A DNA stretch of 64,000 bases from Bdellovibrio sp. ZAP7 (lineage in GTDB: Bacteria; Bdellovibrionota_B; Oligoflexia; Oligoflexales; RGVZ01), in NCBI GenBank assembly GCA_945900755.1, contig CAMDKS010000001.1, positions 63,491-127,490 of the forward strand. Reading direction: 5' to 3'. The notes beneath the pieces were generated by a model. The model had not been told where the DNA came from. It made no database searches and saw nothing but the letters and a program-made list of their open reading frames with translations. Made by a program: the position numbers and the translations under genes. Each line of letters opens with the position of its first letter. The stretch's first letter is position 1. Below are positions 9,951 through 19,305 of the stretch, piece by piece.

Positions 9951-10751
9951 TTAACTGTCTTTGATAGAAAAACGCAACCTTTGAACGCCACTACACGCCC
10001 CAGAATCTTCATTTATTTCAAAGAGCATTCCATAGAACCATAGATCATTTTTTGCAGGTTCAAAGTTTTTTCGTTCGCCAGTACGCATTCTTTGTACCGC
10101 TGACGCCGTATCCATTCCAATGACGCTATCGTAGGGGCCGGTCATGCCTAAATCTGTGACAAATCCAGTATGCTTTTTAAAGATCCGCTCGTCGATCGTT
10201 GGTACGTGACTATGGGTTCCATAGACGGCGGAAACACGCCCCGCTAAATATTGTCCGAGTCCCTGTTTTTCACTGGTGGCCTCGGCGTGTATGTCGAGGA
10301 TTCGCACCTTGCAATACGACGGCACTAACCCAAGCATTTTATCGGCCATATCATAAGGCGAAGAATTATCGCCCTTCATAAAGACTTTGCCAATCACGTT
10401 CATGACTGCAATCCGAACCCCGCCCTTTGTTTCCAACAGGCGCAGTCCCCTTGACGGCTCGTCTACATTATACATGTTTGCTGGTAAAACGATGCGAGGA
10501 TGATCTCTAAATTCATAGATGTCTTTTTTGTCCATCCAATGATTGCCGGTGGTGATGCAATCGATACCGAACGTTGGGCTGATCAACTCTTCAAAGAGCT
10601 TTTTGGTAATCCCAAAGCCGCCGGCAACATTTTCGCCGTTCATTATTACGAAGTCAGGTGAGAATTCCGCACGAGCGCGCTCAAGGCCTTTAATAAGGGC
10701 GAGTCGACCAGGTCGACCCATAACATCCCCAACCGCAAGAACTCTAATCAC
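9951..10751 (-). CDS. ymdB: YmdB-type metallophosphoesterase (2',3'-cyclic-nucleotide phosphodiesterase family)
   Basis: 266-aa ORF. IRVLAVGDVMGRPGR..VIMNGENVAGGFGIT..TTGNHWMDKK closely parallels B. subtilis YmdB. Its start overlaps the rny stop by 4 nt. Confidence 0.85.
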   Translation of the reverse strand: MIRVLAVGDVMGRPGRLALIKGLERARAEFSPDFVIMNGENVAGGFGITKKLFEELISPTFGIDCITTGNHWMDKKDIYEFRDHPRIVLPANMYNVDEPSRGLRLLETKGGVRIAVMNVIGKVFMKGDNSSPYDMADKMLGLVPSYCKVRILDIHAEATSEKQGLGQYLAGRVSAVYGTHSHVPTIDERIFKKHTGFVTDLGMTGPYDSVIGMDTASAVQRMRTGERKNFEPAKNDLWFYGMLFEINEDSGACSGVQRLRFSIKDS

Positions 10752-12307
10752 TTTGCATAATCCACAAATTTGGATTCGCGAATAACAGTCACTCTTACTT
10801 GGCCAGGAAAGGTAAGCGCCTGCCGCATTTTATGGGCAATACTGCTCGAAAGATTTGAGACCTCTTGATCGGATACTTCGGCAGGGTTAACGATGGCATG
10901 GACTTCGCGTCCTGCTTGGATCACAAAGGCCTCATTCACGCCGGGGAAATCCTTGGCAACTTTTTCCATTTCTGCAAGGCGTGTAACATAAGTTTCTAGA
11001 ATTTCTTTTCGAGCTCCGGGACGATTCGACGACAGGCTATTTGCAGCGTATAGGACCACTGCATAAGGCGTGACATTATTTAAATCCTCACGGTGATGGT
11101 GTCGAATGGCCTCAACCAGTTCTGCGGACTCCTGGTAACGAAGGCAGAAATCCGCACCAATATCGGCGTGATGACCCTCCGTTTCCTGATCGATCGCCTT
11201 GCCAATATCGTGCAGTAGGCCGCATCGTTTTGCTTTTTTTACATTTAAGCCGATTTCTCCGGCAATAATTCCACAGATGTGTGCCGTCTCGATGCTGTGT
11301 TGTAGCACGCTTTGCTGACCTGCGGTGCGGTACTTCAACTTTCCCAGTGCCATGACCAACTCGGGATGAAGATCGACGATGCCAGTGTCGAAACTAGCCT
11401 GCTCACCTTGTTCACGAATCACTAAATCAAATTCACTGATGACGCGTTTGACCGTTTCGTCAATGCGAGCAGGATGAATCCGTCCGTCGCCGATAAGGCG
11501 CTCGATCGTTAGTTTTGCAATTTCACGCCGCACAGGATTGAAACAAGAAATAATCACGGCCTCAGGCGTATCATCGATAATTAAATCGACGCCCGTTGCC
11601 TGTTCAATCGCTCGAATATTTCGGCCTTCACGCCCGATAATTCGTCCCTTCAGATCTTCACTTGGCAGGGTGACCACCGTAATCGTTGAGTCACTCACAT
11701 ACTCGCCACTAATGCGCTGAACCGCCAAGCTTACGACCGCTTTGGCACGCTTGTCAGCCTCTGCTTTGGCATCGGCCTCAATACGAGTTATCATGGCTTG
11801 AGCATCAGCTCTGGCCTGCGTTTCGAGAGTCTTAAGTAATTCTCGCTTGGCTTCCGCATGCGACATATTGGCGATGTTTTCGAGAGTTTTTCTAGTACTT
11901 AACAGAGAGGCTTCACACTCGACGCTAAGTTTTTGATAGTTGGCTTCTTCCGTTTGAGCCTTTTTGCTAAGTCCCTCTAGCTCTTGTTCCCGCTTGTCTA
12001 ATATCGCAAGCTTCTTTTCGATGGTTTCCTCGCGAGCCTTTAATTTTTGTTCAAGCTTTGTGACTTCGCCGCGGCGCAGACGAGCCTCATCTTCAAACGT
12101 CTGACGAGACTTGCGACTTTCTTCTTTGGCGTCTCGAAGTGAACCCTTAATCATATCATCCGCTTCACGACGAGCATCATCAAGGACACGCTTGGATTCG
12201 AGTCGCGCCTTTTCAAATGCGTGGGTTAGCTGCTTCTTGTGAAAAAATACACCTATGACCAGCACGCCAATTAGAATGCCAATAAAGGCTATCAGTAACA
12301 TCGTCAA
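10748..12307 (-). CDS. rny: ribonuclease Y
   Basis: It has an N-terminal TM helix, a long coiled coil, a KH segment (GRIIGREGRNIRAIE) and an HD domain (LLHDIGKA). The listed ORF starts at 12373. I prefer TTG at 12307 (GGAGG 8 nt upstream) or ATG at 12301. Confidence 0.9.
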   Translation of the reverse strand: MTMLLIAFIGILIGVLVIGVFFHKKQLTHAFEKARLESKRVLDDARREADDMIKGSLRDAKEESRKSRQTFEDEARLRRGEVTKLEQKLKAREETIEKKLAILDKREQELEGLSKKAQTEEANYQKLSVECEASLLSTRKTLENIANMSHAEAKRELLKTLETQARADAQAMITRIEADAKAEADKRAKAVVSLAVQRISGEYVSDSTITVVTLPSEDLKGRIIGREGRNIRAIEQATGVDLIIDDTPEAVIISCFNPVRREIAKLTIERLIGDGRIHPARIDETVKRVISEFDLVIREQGEQASFDTGIVDLHPELVMALGKLKYRTAGQQSVLQHSIETAHICGIIAGEIGLNVKKAKRCGLLHDIGKAIDQETEGHHADIGADFCLRYQESAELVEAIRHHHREDLNNVTPYAVVLYAANSLSSNRPGARKEILETYVTRLAEMEKVAKDFPGVNEAFVIQAGREVHAIVNPAEVSDQEVSNLSSSIAHKMRQALTFPGQVRVTVIRESKFVDYAK

Positions 12308-12492
12308 AGCAATATCCTCCAGCTCACAACAAGGCGAGCGTTCGTTCCGTGAAATAAATATAAACCAGCGCATCCAAATACTTCGGTCAAGTCTGCTATC
12401 ATACTCACCAAAGTAGGGGTAGGGATACGCTAAAATTCATTCTCCAGCAAAAGCCTGGGGCACGTGGCGTAGATTGGCTCAGCGTGCCAAAG

Positions 12493-12530
12493 TAAAAACA
12501 CCCAAACCCCATGAAGGGTGGGTGTTTTTT
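12493..12530 (-). terminator. rho-independent terminator after pal
   Basis: The stem ACACCCA (12498-12504) pairs with TGGGTGT (12519-12525). It is flanked by an A-run and a T-run, so it reads as hairpin plus U-tract on the minus strand. It lies ~30 nt past the pal stop. Confidence 0.65.
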
Positions 12531-12556
12531 AATGCAGAGGAATCGTCAGGAAACGA

Positions 12557-13042
12557 TTAGTTCTTTGTGACTACAAATTCAGCACGACGGTTCTTAACCC
12601 ACTCGGACTCAGTGTGGCCAGGAACAACCGCTTTTTCTTCGCCGTAGCTGATGGTCGAGAGACGAGCTCCCTCAACGCCTTGCTGGGTAAGGAAGTTCTT
12701 TACAGATTGTGCGCGGCGCTCGCCTAGAGCTAGATTGTACTCTACAGTTCCGCGCTCATCACAGTGACCTTCGATTTGAACAACGGCACTTTTATTAGCC
12801 TTTAGAGCTTCGGACATAGCTGAAAGCGTGCTTTGTGCCTCAGAAGTAAGGGTATAGTCGTCAAAGCCGAAATAGATGGGAGTTGTTACTAAATTGGCAG
12901 AAGTGTCAGCGACTGGTGCAACTGGGGTTTCTGTGGTTGGTGCAGCCACAGGCTCAACGACTTTTTTCTTGTCGTCTGTACAGGAGTTTAGGGACATAGA
13001 AGCAATGACGACGGACAAGAGCAAGCTGGACTTCAAAAACAT
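12557..13042 (-). CDS. pal: peptidoglycan-associated lipoprotein (OmpA-family)
   Basis: 161-aa ORF with a lipobox (SLNSC). The OmpA-like domain reads IYFGFDDYTLT...IEGHCDERGTVEYNLALGERRA. Confidence 0.9.
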   Translation of the reverse strand: MFLKSSLLLSVVIASMSLNSCTDDKKKVVEPVAAPTTETPVAPVADTSANLVTTPIYFGFDDYTLTSEAQSTLSAMSEALKANKSAVVQIEGHCDERGTVEYNLALGERRAQSVKNFLTQQGVEGARLSTISYGEEKAVVPGHTESEWVKNRRAEFVVTKN

Positions 13043-13238
13043 GGGTGTCTCCTCAATTTTAAGACTCGAATAAATGATTAGTTACGACACGTTCTCCTAA
13101 TTAAAGAACGTACTATAAACTGTGACGACTCACTTTGCCTATGCTCTTGCAAAATTGCAAGCACTCCGTAAGAAAATTAACGATATATCGTCGAATTTTT
13201 TTGGGATGGGTGGCTGCACCGTGCTCTGGCGAAGGCGT

Positions 13239-14699
13239 TCAGGTGTTCATCTTTAAAGCATCGAGTAATTTGTACTGAATTCCCGAAAAACTTCCAGCCG
13301 ACATAAAAATAATGGCGTCGCCTCCACGAATATTTGCAATCATTTTGCTCAGAAGCTCATCATTTGAATTGAACGCATAGGCCTTGCCACCGATTTCCTT
13401 GGCGAGGTCGGCCGTGCTCATTCTTTCGGCGACCGGGATTCTCTGGTCCTCGGAGCACGGTCCTATATAGATAGCGTCGGCAAGCCCCAATTTTTTGACG
13501 TAATCCTTTTGAAATATATTTCTGCGACTGGTGGCATTCTTCGGTTCAAAGGCAACATGTAATTTGCGTTTCGGGTAAACGGCTTTAAAGCCCTCTATGA
13601 CCAGCCCTACAGCGGTCGGGTGATGAGCAAAATCTTCAAACACGTCTATGTCACCAGCATTACCTAAGTGATCTAATCGTCGCGCAACACTTTTAAACGA
13701 GGCAATGGCCTCTGCAAGATCTGCGCTCTTAACGGGTTCAATAAATCCACCAGCCGAAAGGCTTTCTACCGTTGCGATCACTTGAGTAATATTGGCCAGC
13801 ATGTGCGTGCCCGAAAGGGTTGTCTCAATTTTTAGTTCGCCCCAGGTTTTCGTATGGACGGAGGCCGTCCAAAGTTGCGTTCCACGATTTTTTTCTTTGG
13901 CCTCCCATTTCCCAAGCCAAACGTCGGCGGTTTTATCCTGCCCCGTGGTGGAAACTTTTACGACGCGGGCAAGAGGGGTGATGCGACTAAATATATTTTT
14001 CACACGCAGGTCATCCCAGTTTGCCATGATCGCCCCACCTTTTGGGACCAGAGCCGTTACCTTGTCAAACTGTGCCTCTATGGCCTCAACCGTCGCATAA
14101 ATATCAGCGTGATCGTACTCGATATTATTCAAGACTAAATGGTGAGGGTGGTAGTGAAGAAATTTTGGACCCTTATCAAAAAAGGCCGTGTCGTATTCAT
14201 CGCCCTCGATCACAAAAGTAGATCCTGAGCCTAGGCGAAAGCTGCGGGGGAAGTTGTGTGGAATTCCACCAATGACAAACCCTGGATCTTCTCCTAGTTC
14301 AAATAGCACGTGAGCCATCAAGGACGCCGTCGTTGTTTTTCCGTGTGTGCCCGTTACGACGATACCCACGCGCTTTGAGAGCACCTCGTCGCCCGTCAAT
14401 TTTGGGAAACTCGTGTATGGAATTCCACTGCGCAAAAGGGCTTCTAGTTCCACATGTCCCCGAGAAAGAGCGTTGGCAACGACCACGAGGTCTGGTTTGG
14501 CTGACGCCAAATTTTCAGCCGCATAGGGCGTCATCACCGTAATTTTCAACTCTTCGAGCATGGTAGACATCGGAGGGTACATGGCGCCGTCACTGCCAAC
14601 AATTTTATACCCAGCCTCTTGACATAGGCCTGCAACTGCCGCCATTCCGGTACCACCGATTCCCATAAAATAAATGGTCGAGCCTTTTTTAATTTCCAT
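13239..14699 (-). CDS. mpl: UDP-N-acetylmuramate:L-alanyl-gamma-D-glutamyl-meso-DAP ligase
   Basis: 486-aa ORF. GIGGTGMAAVAG...GSDGAMYPPMSTMLEE matches the Mpl-specific N-terminus, and TGTHGKTTT is the Mur-ligase P-loop. Confidence 0.85.
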   Translation of the reverse strand: MEIKKGSTIYFMGIGGTGMAAVAGLCQEAGYKIVGSDGAMYPPMSTMLEELKITVMTPYAAENLASAKPDLVVVANALSRGHVELEALLRSGIPYTSFPKLTGDEVLSKRVGIVVTGTHGKTTTASLMAHVLFELGEDPGFVIGGIPHNFPRSFRLGSGSTFVIEGDEYDTAFFDKGPKFLHYHPHHLVLNNIEYDHADIYATVEAIEAQFDKVTALVPKGGAIMANWDDLRVKNIFSRITPLARVVKVSTTGQDKTADVWLGKWEAKEKNRGTQLWTASVHTKTWGELKIETTLSGTHMLANITQVIATVESLSAGGFIEPVKSADLAEAIASFKSVARRLDHLGNAGDIDVFEDFAHHPTAVGLVIEGFKAVYPKRKLHVAFEPKNATSRRNIFQKDYVKKLGLADAIYIGPCSEDQRIPVAERMSTADLAKEIGGKAYAFNSNDELLSKMIANIRGGDAIIFMSAGSFSGIQYKLLDALKMNT

Positions 14700-14761
14700 T
14701 TAGCGTTCCTCATTATTCTTTAGAGTCAAAAATCAATTGGTTCTAGGATCTTCCTCAATCG

Positions 14762-15688
14762 TTACACATTGGCTGGAACGCCGGTAATGTCCCATTCCAG
14801 AGTGGAGGCGGACTGATTTGGTGGCGCATTCGCCGTAATTTTTGCGACCGATCCAATCACCAGCGGAAAATTGGGAGACACATGTCCAAAATCGGGAGAG
14901 GTAAATATGGGAATTTGGTAACGTCGAAAAATCTCCTCACTTAAAATGGGGGCCGAGTCTGGCAAACCGCCACCGAGCTCACTAAAGGAGCCCAGTACCA
15001 GGCCGCGAACTCCTTTTAAAAGCTCTGCCTGCTGCCACTGATTTAACATTCTCATGATTCGGCCAGGATTTTCGCCGATGTCCTCAAAAAAGAGGATAAA
15101 GCCCGCAAAACTCTTTGGCAGATAGGGCGTTCCTATGAGAGACGTCAATACGGACAAGCACCCGCCAAACAACACACCACTGTCCACCGCTTTCGGGCTG
15201 CCTAAAACAGGCGTAACGGCGATTTTGCCCAGAGAGGTTTTTCCACAAACGAGATTTAGAAGTTGCGTGACATCCTCTGTACCAGATTTCTTCCAGGTCA
15301 CCGTCGCGGGCATCGGACCATGAATAGAGAGCCGTCCTGTTTTGGTGAACAGTGCCGCTTGTGCCGCACACACATCACTAAACCCGATGATTGGCTTATT
15401 TTTAGCTTTTTTCACTTGTTCCCACGGGACCAAATCTAGGAGATCACTGGCACCATAGCCTCCGCGGGCCCACATCACAGCGTCACTTTCGGGCTCGAGT
15501 AAGGCTTTATTGAGTGCGTTAGACCGATCAAGGATGCTGCCTGCCGTCCAGGACCAGCTTTCGTTTGGCGTGAGGTCGTCAAAAAGGACTTGCAGGCCTG
15601 CGGCTTCCAATTCCTTGATACGCAAGCTCAAAAGCCCCTCACGATCGAGACTTGATGCCTTTATAATTCGAATAGATTTCACGTCCAT
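14762..15688 (-). CDS. ldcA: LD-carboxypeptidase (peptidase S66)
   Basis: 308-aa ORF with ARGGYGASDLL and the nucleophile context IIGFSDVCA typical of LdcA. Confidence 0.75.
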   Translation of the reverse strand: MDVKSIRIIKASSLDREGLLSLRIKELEAAGLQVLFDDLTPNESWSWTAGSILDRSNALNKALLEPESDAVMWARGGYGASDLLDLVPWEQVKKAKNKPIIGFSDVCAAQAALFTKTGRLSIHGPMPATVTWKKSGTEDVTQLLNLVCGKTSLGKIAVTPVLGSPKAVDSGVLFGGCLSVLTSLIGTPYLPKSFAGFILFFEDIGENPGRIMRMLNQWQQAELLKGVRGLVLGSFSELGGGLPDSAPILSEEIFRRYQIPIFTSPDFGHVSPNFPLVIGSVAKITANAPPNQSASTLEWDITGVPANV

Positions 15689-15870
15689 GTGAAAACAAAA
15701 CTCCCAGTATTGACCAGTCTATGAAACAATAAATGCAGCAATGAATGAAACGTCGTGCGTAAAGCATCGCACAGTTCTATCATTGTACCAAGACTCGGTC
15801 CAAAGTGTGTCATATAAATTAACAGTAAATCGAAGAAGTCACCAGAAGTCACAAGAACGGAGCCATACCG

Positions 15871-17295
15871 ATGACGTTGGAGCAGAAATCAAAGTTGTTG
15901 GCCTTGACCTCGGGCGTGGTCAGAGATGCCCTGCGTGGAAAAGCCAAAGTAGTGGCGCCAAAATTTAACGAAAACCGTCCCCTAGGCAAAGTTTCCACGG
16001 ATTCTAGGACGACCAGTGTGGGTGATTTATTTGTAGCTCTCAAGGGCGAGTCGTTTGATGGTCATGATTATATTGCTCAAGCCGTACAAAAGGGTGCCGT
16101 CGCCGTGCTGTGTGAAAAATATCCAGCCGATGCAATCCAAGACGGAATAGACATTTTTTTGGTGGCAGATGCTCTCGACAGCTTTCGCCGGCTTGCGAGT
16201 CAGTGGCGGGAGCTTGTGGATCCGACCGTGATTGCCGTAGCAGGAAGCGTTGGAAAAACCACCACAAAAGATCTGCTGGCCGCCATCCTGTCCAAAAAAA
16301 GTAGTCATCTAGTGTGGACGAAGGGTAGCCAAAATGGATTCATCGGATTGGCCATGACCCTGATGGAGATTAAGGCTGAAACCGAAGTCGCCGTTATAGA
16401 AGTTGGCATCGATGCTCCCGGAGCCATGATCCAGCACATTGACGTGGTCCGCCCAGAGGTGTCCCTTGTAACCGCAATTTCTGAAGAACATCTTGAGTGG
16501 CTTATAGACCTCAAGACCATTGCTCGAGAAGAAAATTTGATATTAGAGGAAACGGCCCGGGCAGGCGGCACTAGTATTATAAATCTAGATGATCCGTGGA
16601 TTGCTCCGTTAATGGAGTCCATAAAGGAGACCGGAAAAATAGGTTTTACATTGAACGGCAGCCCTGGCCCACAAACGGTGTCGGGAAAATTAACGGGTAG
16701 CGTTTTAGAAATTGAGGGCCTTGGCCGCAAAAAGTTTTCGGTCGAGTGTCCCTTGCCTGGAGAACACAATGCCAGAAATCTGTTGGGCGCGATCGCTGCG
16801 GCACTCGTGGTCGGAGTGAGTCCCGAGGATATCAAACTAGGCTTGTCCTCTTTTGTGTCGAGTGGCGGCAGAAGTCAACTGGAGACCCTTAAATCTGGGG
16901 TCAAGGTTTTGTGTGATTTCTATAACGCAAACCCAGCAAGCATGAGGGCTGCATTTAAGGTGGCTGCAGACGGCCGAAATAAATCTGGGGTCATCTGGCT
17001 TTGTCTTGCTGACATGAAAGAGCTGGGCGAGGCAGAGGAGACACTTCACCGTGGCCTTGCCGCCGACATCGCAGGAATTCCTGGCGACGTTCGACTGATG
17101 CTCTACGGTGAAAGAATGAAGTGGCTCAGTGCAGAGCTTGCAGCCTTGGCACCTAGAATCAAAATCACACAATTTTTATCGCAAGAATTAATGGCTGCAG
17201 GTATGAAGGCTAGTCTTAAGCCTGAGGACTTTATCGTGATTAAAGGCTCTCGCTCAATGCGCATGGAAAAAGTTTGGGAAAGCCTTAAGGCTTAA
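15871..17295 (+). CDS. murF: UDP-N-acetylmuramoyl-tripeptide--D-alanyl-D-alanine ligase
   Basis: 474-aa ORF with STDSRTTSVGDLFVALKGESFDGHDY and the P-loop AGSVGKTTTK. Confidence 0.9.
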   Translation: MTLEQKSKLLALTSGVVRDALRGKAKVVAPKFNENRPLGKVSTDSRTTSVGDLFVALKGESFDGHDYIAQAVQKGAVAVLCEKYPADAIQDGIDIFLVADALDSFRRLASQWRELVDPTVIAVAGSVGKTTTKDLLAAILSKKSSHLVWTKGSQNGFIGLAMTLMEIKAETEVAVIEVGIDAPGAMIQHIDVVRPEVSLVTAISEEHLEWLIDLKTIAREENLILEETARAGGTSIINLDDPWIAPLMESIKETGKIGFTLNGSPGPQTVSGKLTGSVLEIEGLGRKKFSVECPLPGEHNARNLLGAIAAALVVGVSPEDIKLGLSSFVSSGGRSQLETLKSGVKVLCDFYNANPASMRAAFKVAADGRNKSGVIWLCLADMKELGEAEETLHRGLAADIAGIPGDVRLMLYGERMKWLSAELAALAPRIKITQFLSQELMAAGMKASLKPEDFIVIKGSRSMRMEKVWESLKA

Positions 17296-19283
17296 TCGGT
17301 TGATTTTGCACCAGAATACAATAGTTGAAGCCAGGCACGGTACCTCGTAGCGGCGAGCCAAGGGCGAGTGGGTGTCTCGGGGATATGGCCTCCGAGTACT
17401 TTTTCTTTGGGAAGTTTTAAGCCGTCCTCGGGCAAAAATAAATACTGATTCAAATCACTAGAGATCGTCCAAGGACTCTTTTGAAATAATGGAGCATCCA
17501 TAAAAACGCCGTCATTTATCGTGCGGATCTTTAATTTTTGATCTTTTGTGACGTAACTCAAATTTGGTTCGGCAAAATACGCTAGAAACGGTGCAATTTG
17601 ATTCTGTGCGGTAAATTCCCCAACAACGGCGGGTAGGCGTCCTTCCCGGCGAAGCGTTTCAATGATCCCACCAGTAACGGTGACGGAAACATGAGACAAC
17701 AAACGCTCCCACTTCAGGGCGTCATTTTTATAGTGATCCTCCCAAGGGATTTCTAAATTGCCGTGATCTCCAGCCACGACGAATATCGAACCCTCCCATA
17801 AATTTTTTTCTTTCATGCGCTTAACAAATAAATCTAGTGACTCGTCGAAATACTTTATAGTTCTTTGGGCCGGATGCTCGGCAACGAAATTTTTGGTTTC
17901 AATGGAAGCATCCGTAGGCACTGTCCAAGGAATGTGGTTGGTGACCGAGAGAATCATCGGCATCAGGGTTTTGACGCCTTCGACTTGGGACAAATCTCCG
18001 AGAATTCCTGCAGATTTATCAAAGAGAGCCAGGTCACTGATGCCCCACCCCGTGGACGGCGTATTGGATGGATAATCGGTCCTTGTCACCATTTGCGAGA
18101 CACCTTGATGGGTCCAAAATGCCAACTGGCTGTCAAATTGTTGGTCGCCACCATGCAGCCAAACTGTGCGAATACTTTTGGAGTCGCGATACAAAGTTGG
18201 AAGACATTTAATATTTACATCTGGAAACGACCGCATGAGCGAGGTGTCAGTGGCCGAAGGCGTTCCACACCACGTGGCCTCTTGACCGCCGCGCGTCACC
18301 GGTCCTGAGCTGTACACTTGCGTAAAACGTACTCCAGAACTCTGAAGCTGATCCAAATAGGGCGTGATCGACTGGCCGTCGCGGGCCCGTTTTCCGGTGT
18401 CAGTATCTCTCAGAGATTCCGAAAGAATGAGCCCCAAAACGATGGTATGCTTCTTGGCGCGAAGACGTTCGACCTCTGCACCGATGATGCCGAGATAGTC
18501 TTGGTTGGCGGCAGAATTAGAAGTGGATAAAGACACAGGTTGGTTGATGGTGGTGGCTTGCTTGACAAAGAGGAGGTTGGTTGCGCCAGATAATTGCTCA
18601 AACCTAGCTGACTCTGCGCTCGAGACAGCTTTCAAGGTCGGTTTTTTACCGAGATTTGAATAGAGAGACTCAAGATAATTAGCCTGAAGTGGTTCCACGA
18701 CAAACCAATTGATGCGGTAGCGAATGTTTAGCATGTGCCCGATACTAGCCAAAACCACAACGGCCATCAGTTTCGTTGTGAGTGCTCGTTTTTTTCTTAT
18801 AACGGACCCCCGCTGCAGCCAAACTACCAGCGCCACAGAGAGGGCCAAAATATAGAGTGAGGTCGGACCAAACATGCTTGTGCCATTGGCTGAAATAAAA
18901 GCTTTATCGGTCATATAGGTCAAATGAAACGGAATGATTTGGAATTTAAAAAATTCCACATAACCTTGATGCCCTGCCGTCGCGCCGCCTATGATTAGGA
19001 TCAATAACGATCCCAAATACTTTTGGAGGGCACGATTGCGCGTGCTCGGATAATATTCACAAATCCAAAACGGCAGTGAGAGCAGGGCTGCTGCCCAAAT
19101 ATCACTCAAAATACCGGTCACGCCTGTGCGCCACAACGTGCTGAATTGACTATTTAATTCAGTCGCATACTGCTCCGACAATACGCCCCACGCCACGATT
19201 CGGTGGAGCACGAAAATCAGGGTCAGAGAGATAAATATTTTTAATGTTCGAATCATGGGATTGACGATACCATGATGTGTCAC
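17292..19283 (-). CDS. LtaS/sulfatase-family membrane phosphotransferase
   Basis: 663-aa ORF with about five N-terminal TM helices. The C-terminal alkaline-phosphatase-superfamily domain shows SESLRDTDTG and VVAGDHGN. Confidence 0.65.
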   Translation of the reverse strand: MTHHGIVNPMIRTLKIFISLTLIFVLHRIVAWGVLSEQYATELNSQFSTLWRTGVTGILSDIWAAALLSLPFWICEYYPSTRNRALQKYLGSLLILIIGGATAGHQGYVEFFKFQIIPFHLTYMTDKAFISANGTSMFGPTSLYILALSVALVVWLQRGSVIRKKRALTTKLMAVVVLASIGHMLNIRYRINWFVVEPLQANYLESLYSNLGKKPTLKAVSSAESARFEQLSGATNLLFVKQATTINQPVSLSTSNSAANQDYLGIIGAEVERLRAKKHTIVLGLILSESLRDTDTGKRARDGQSITPYLDQLQSSGVRFTQVYSSGPVTRGGQEATWCGTPSATDTSLMRSFPDVNIKCLPTLYRDSKSIRTVWLHGGDQQFDSQLAFWTHQGVSQMVTRTDYPSNTPSTGWGISDLALFDKSAGILGDLSQVEGVKTLMPMILSVTNHIPWTVPTDASIETKNFVAEHPAQRTIKYFDESLDLFVKRMKEKNLWEGSIFVVAGDHGNLEIPWEDHYKNDALKWERLLSHVSVTVTGGIIETLRREGRLPAVVGEFTAQNQIAPFLAYFAEPNLSYVTKDQKLKIRTINDGVFMDAPLFQKSPWTISSDLNQYLFLPEDGLKLPKEKVLGGHIPETPTRPWLAATRYRAWLQLLYSGAKSTD

Positions 19284-19305
19284 AGAATTAACAGAGGGTT
19301 ATTGA

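Noticed and set aside
12302-12373. N-terminal extensions of listed ORFs (rny from 12373, lspA from 22145, the hypothetical gene from 27205, the SEC-C protein from 42187)
   Set aside because: The extensions add non-homologous, Cys/Arg-rich residues or overlap divergent neighbours. Downstream starts have better RBS support or match known family N-termini.
16305-16835. 176-aa minus-strand ORF (with others at 16027-16308 and 16837-17172)
   Set aside because: It lies entirely antisense within the well-supported murF gene. Composition is low-complexity and no motif is present.
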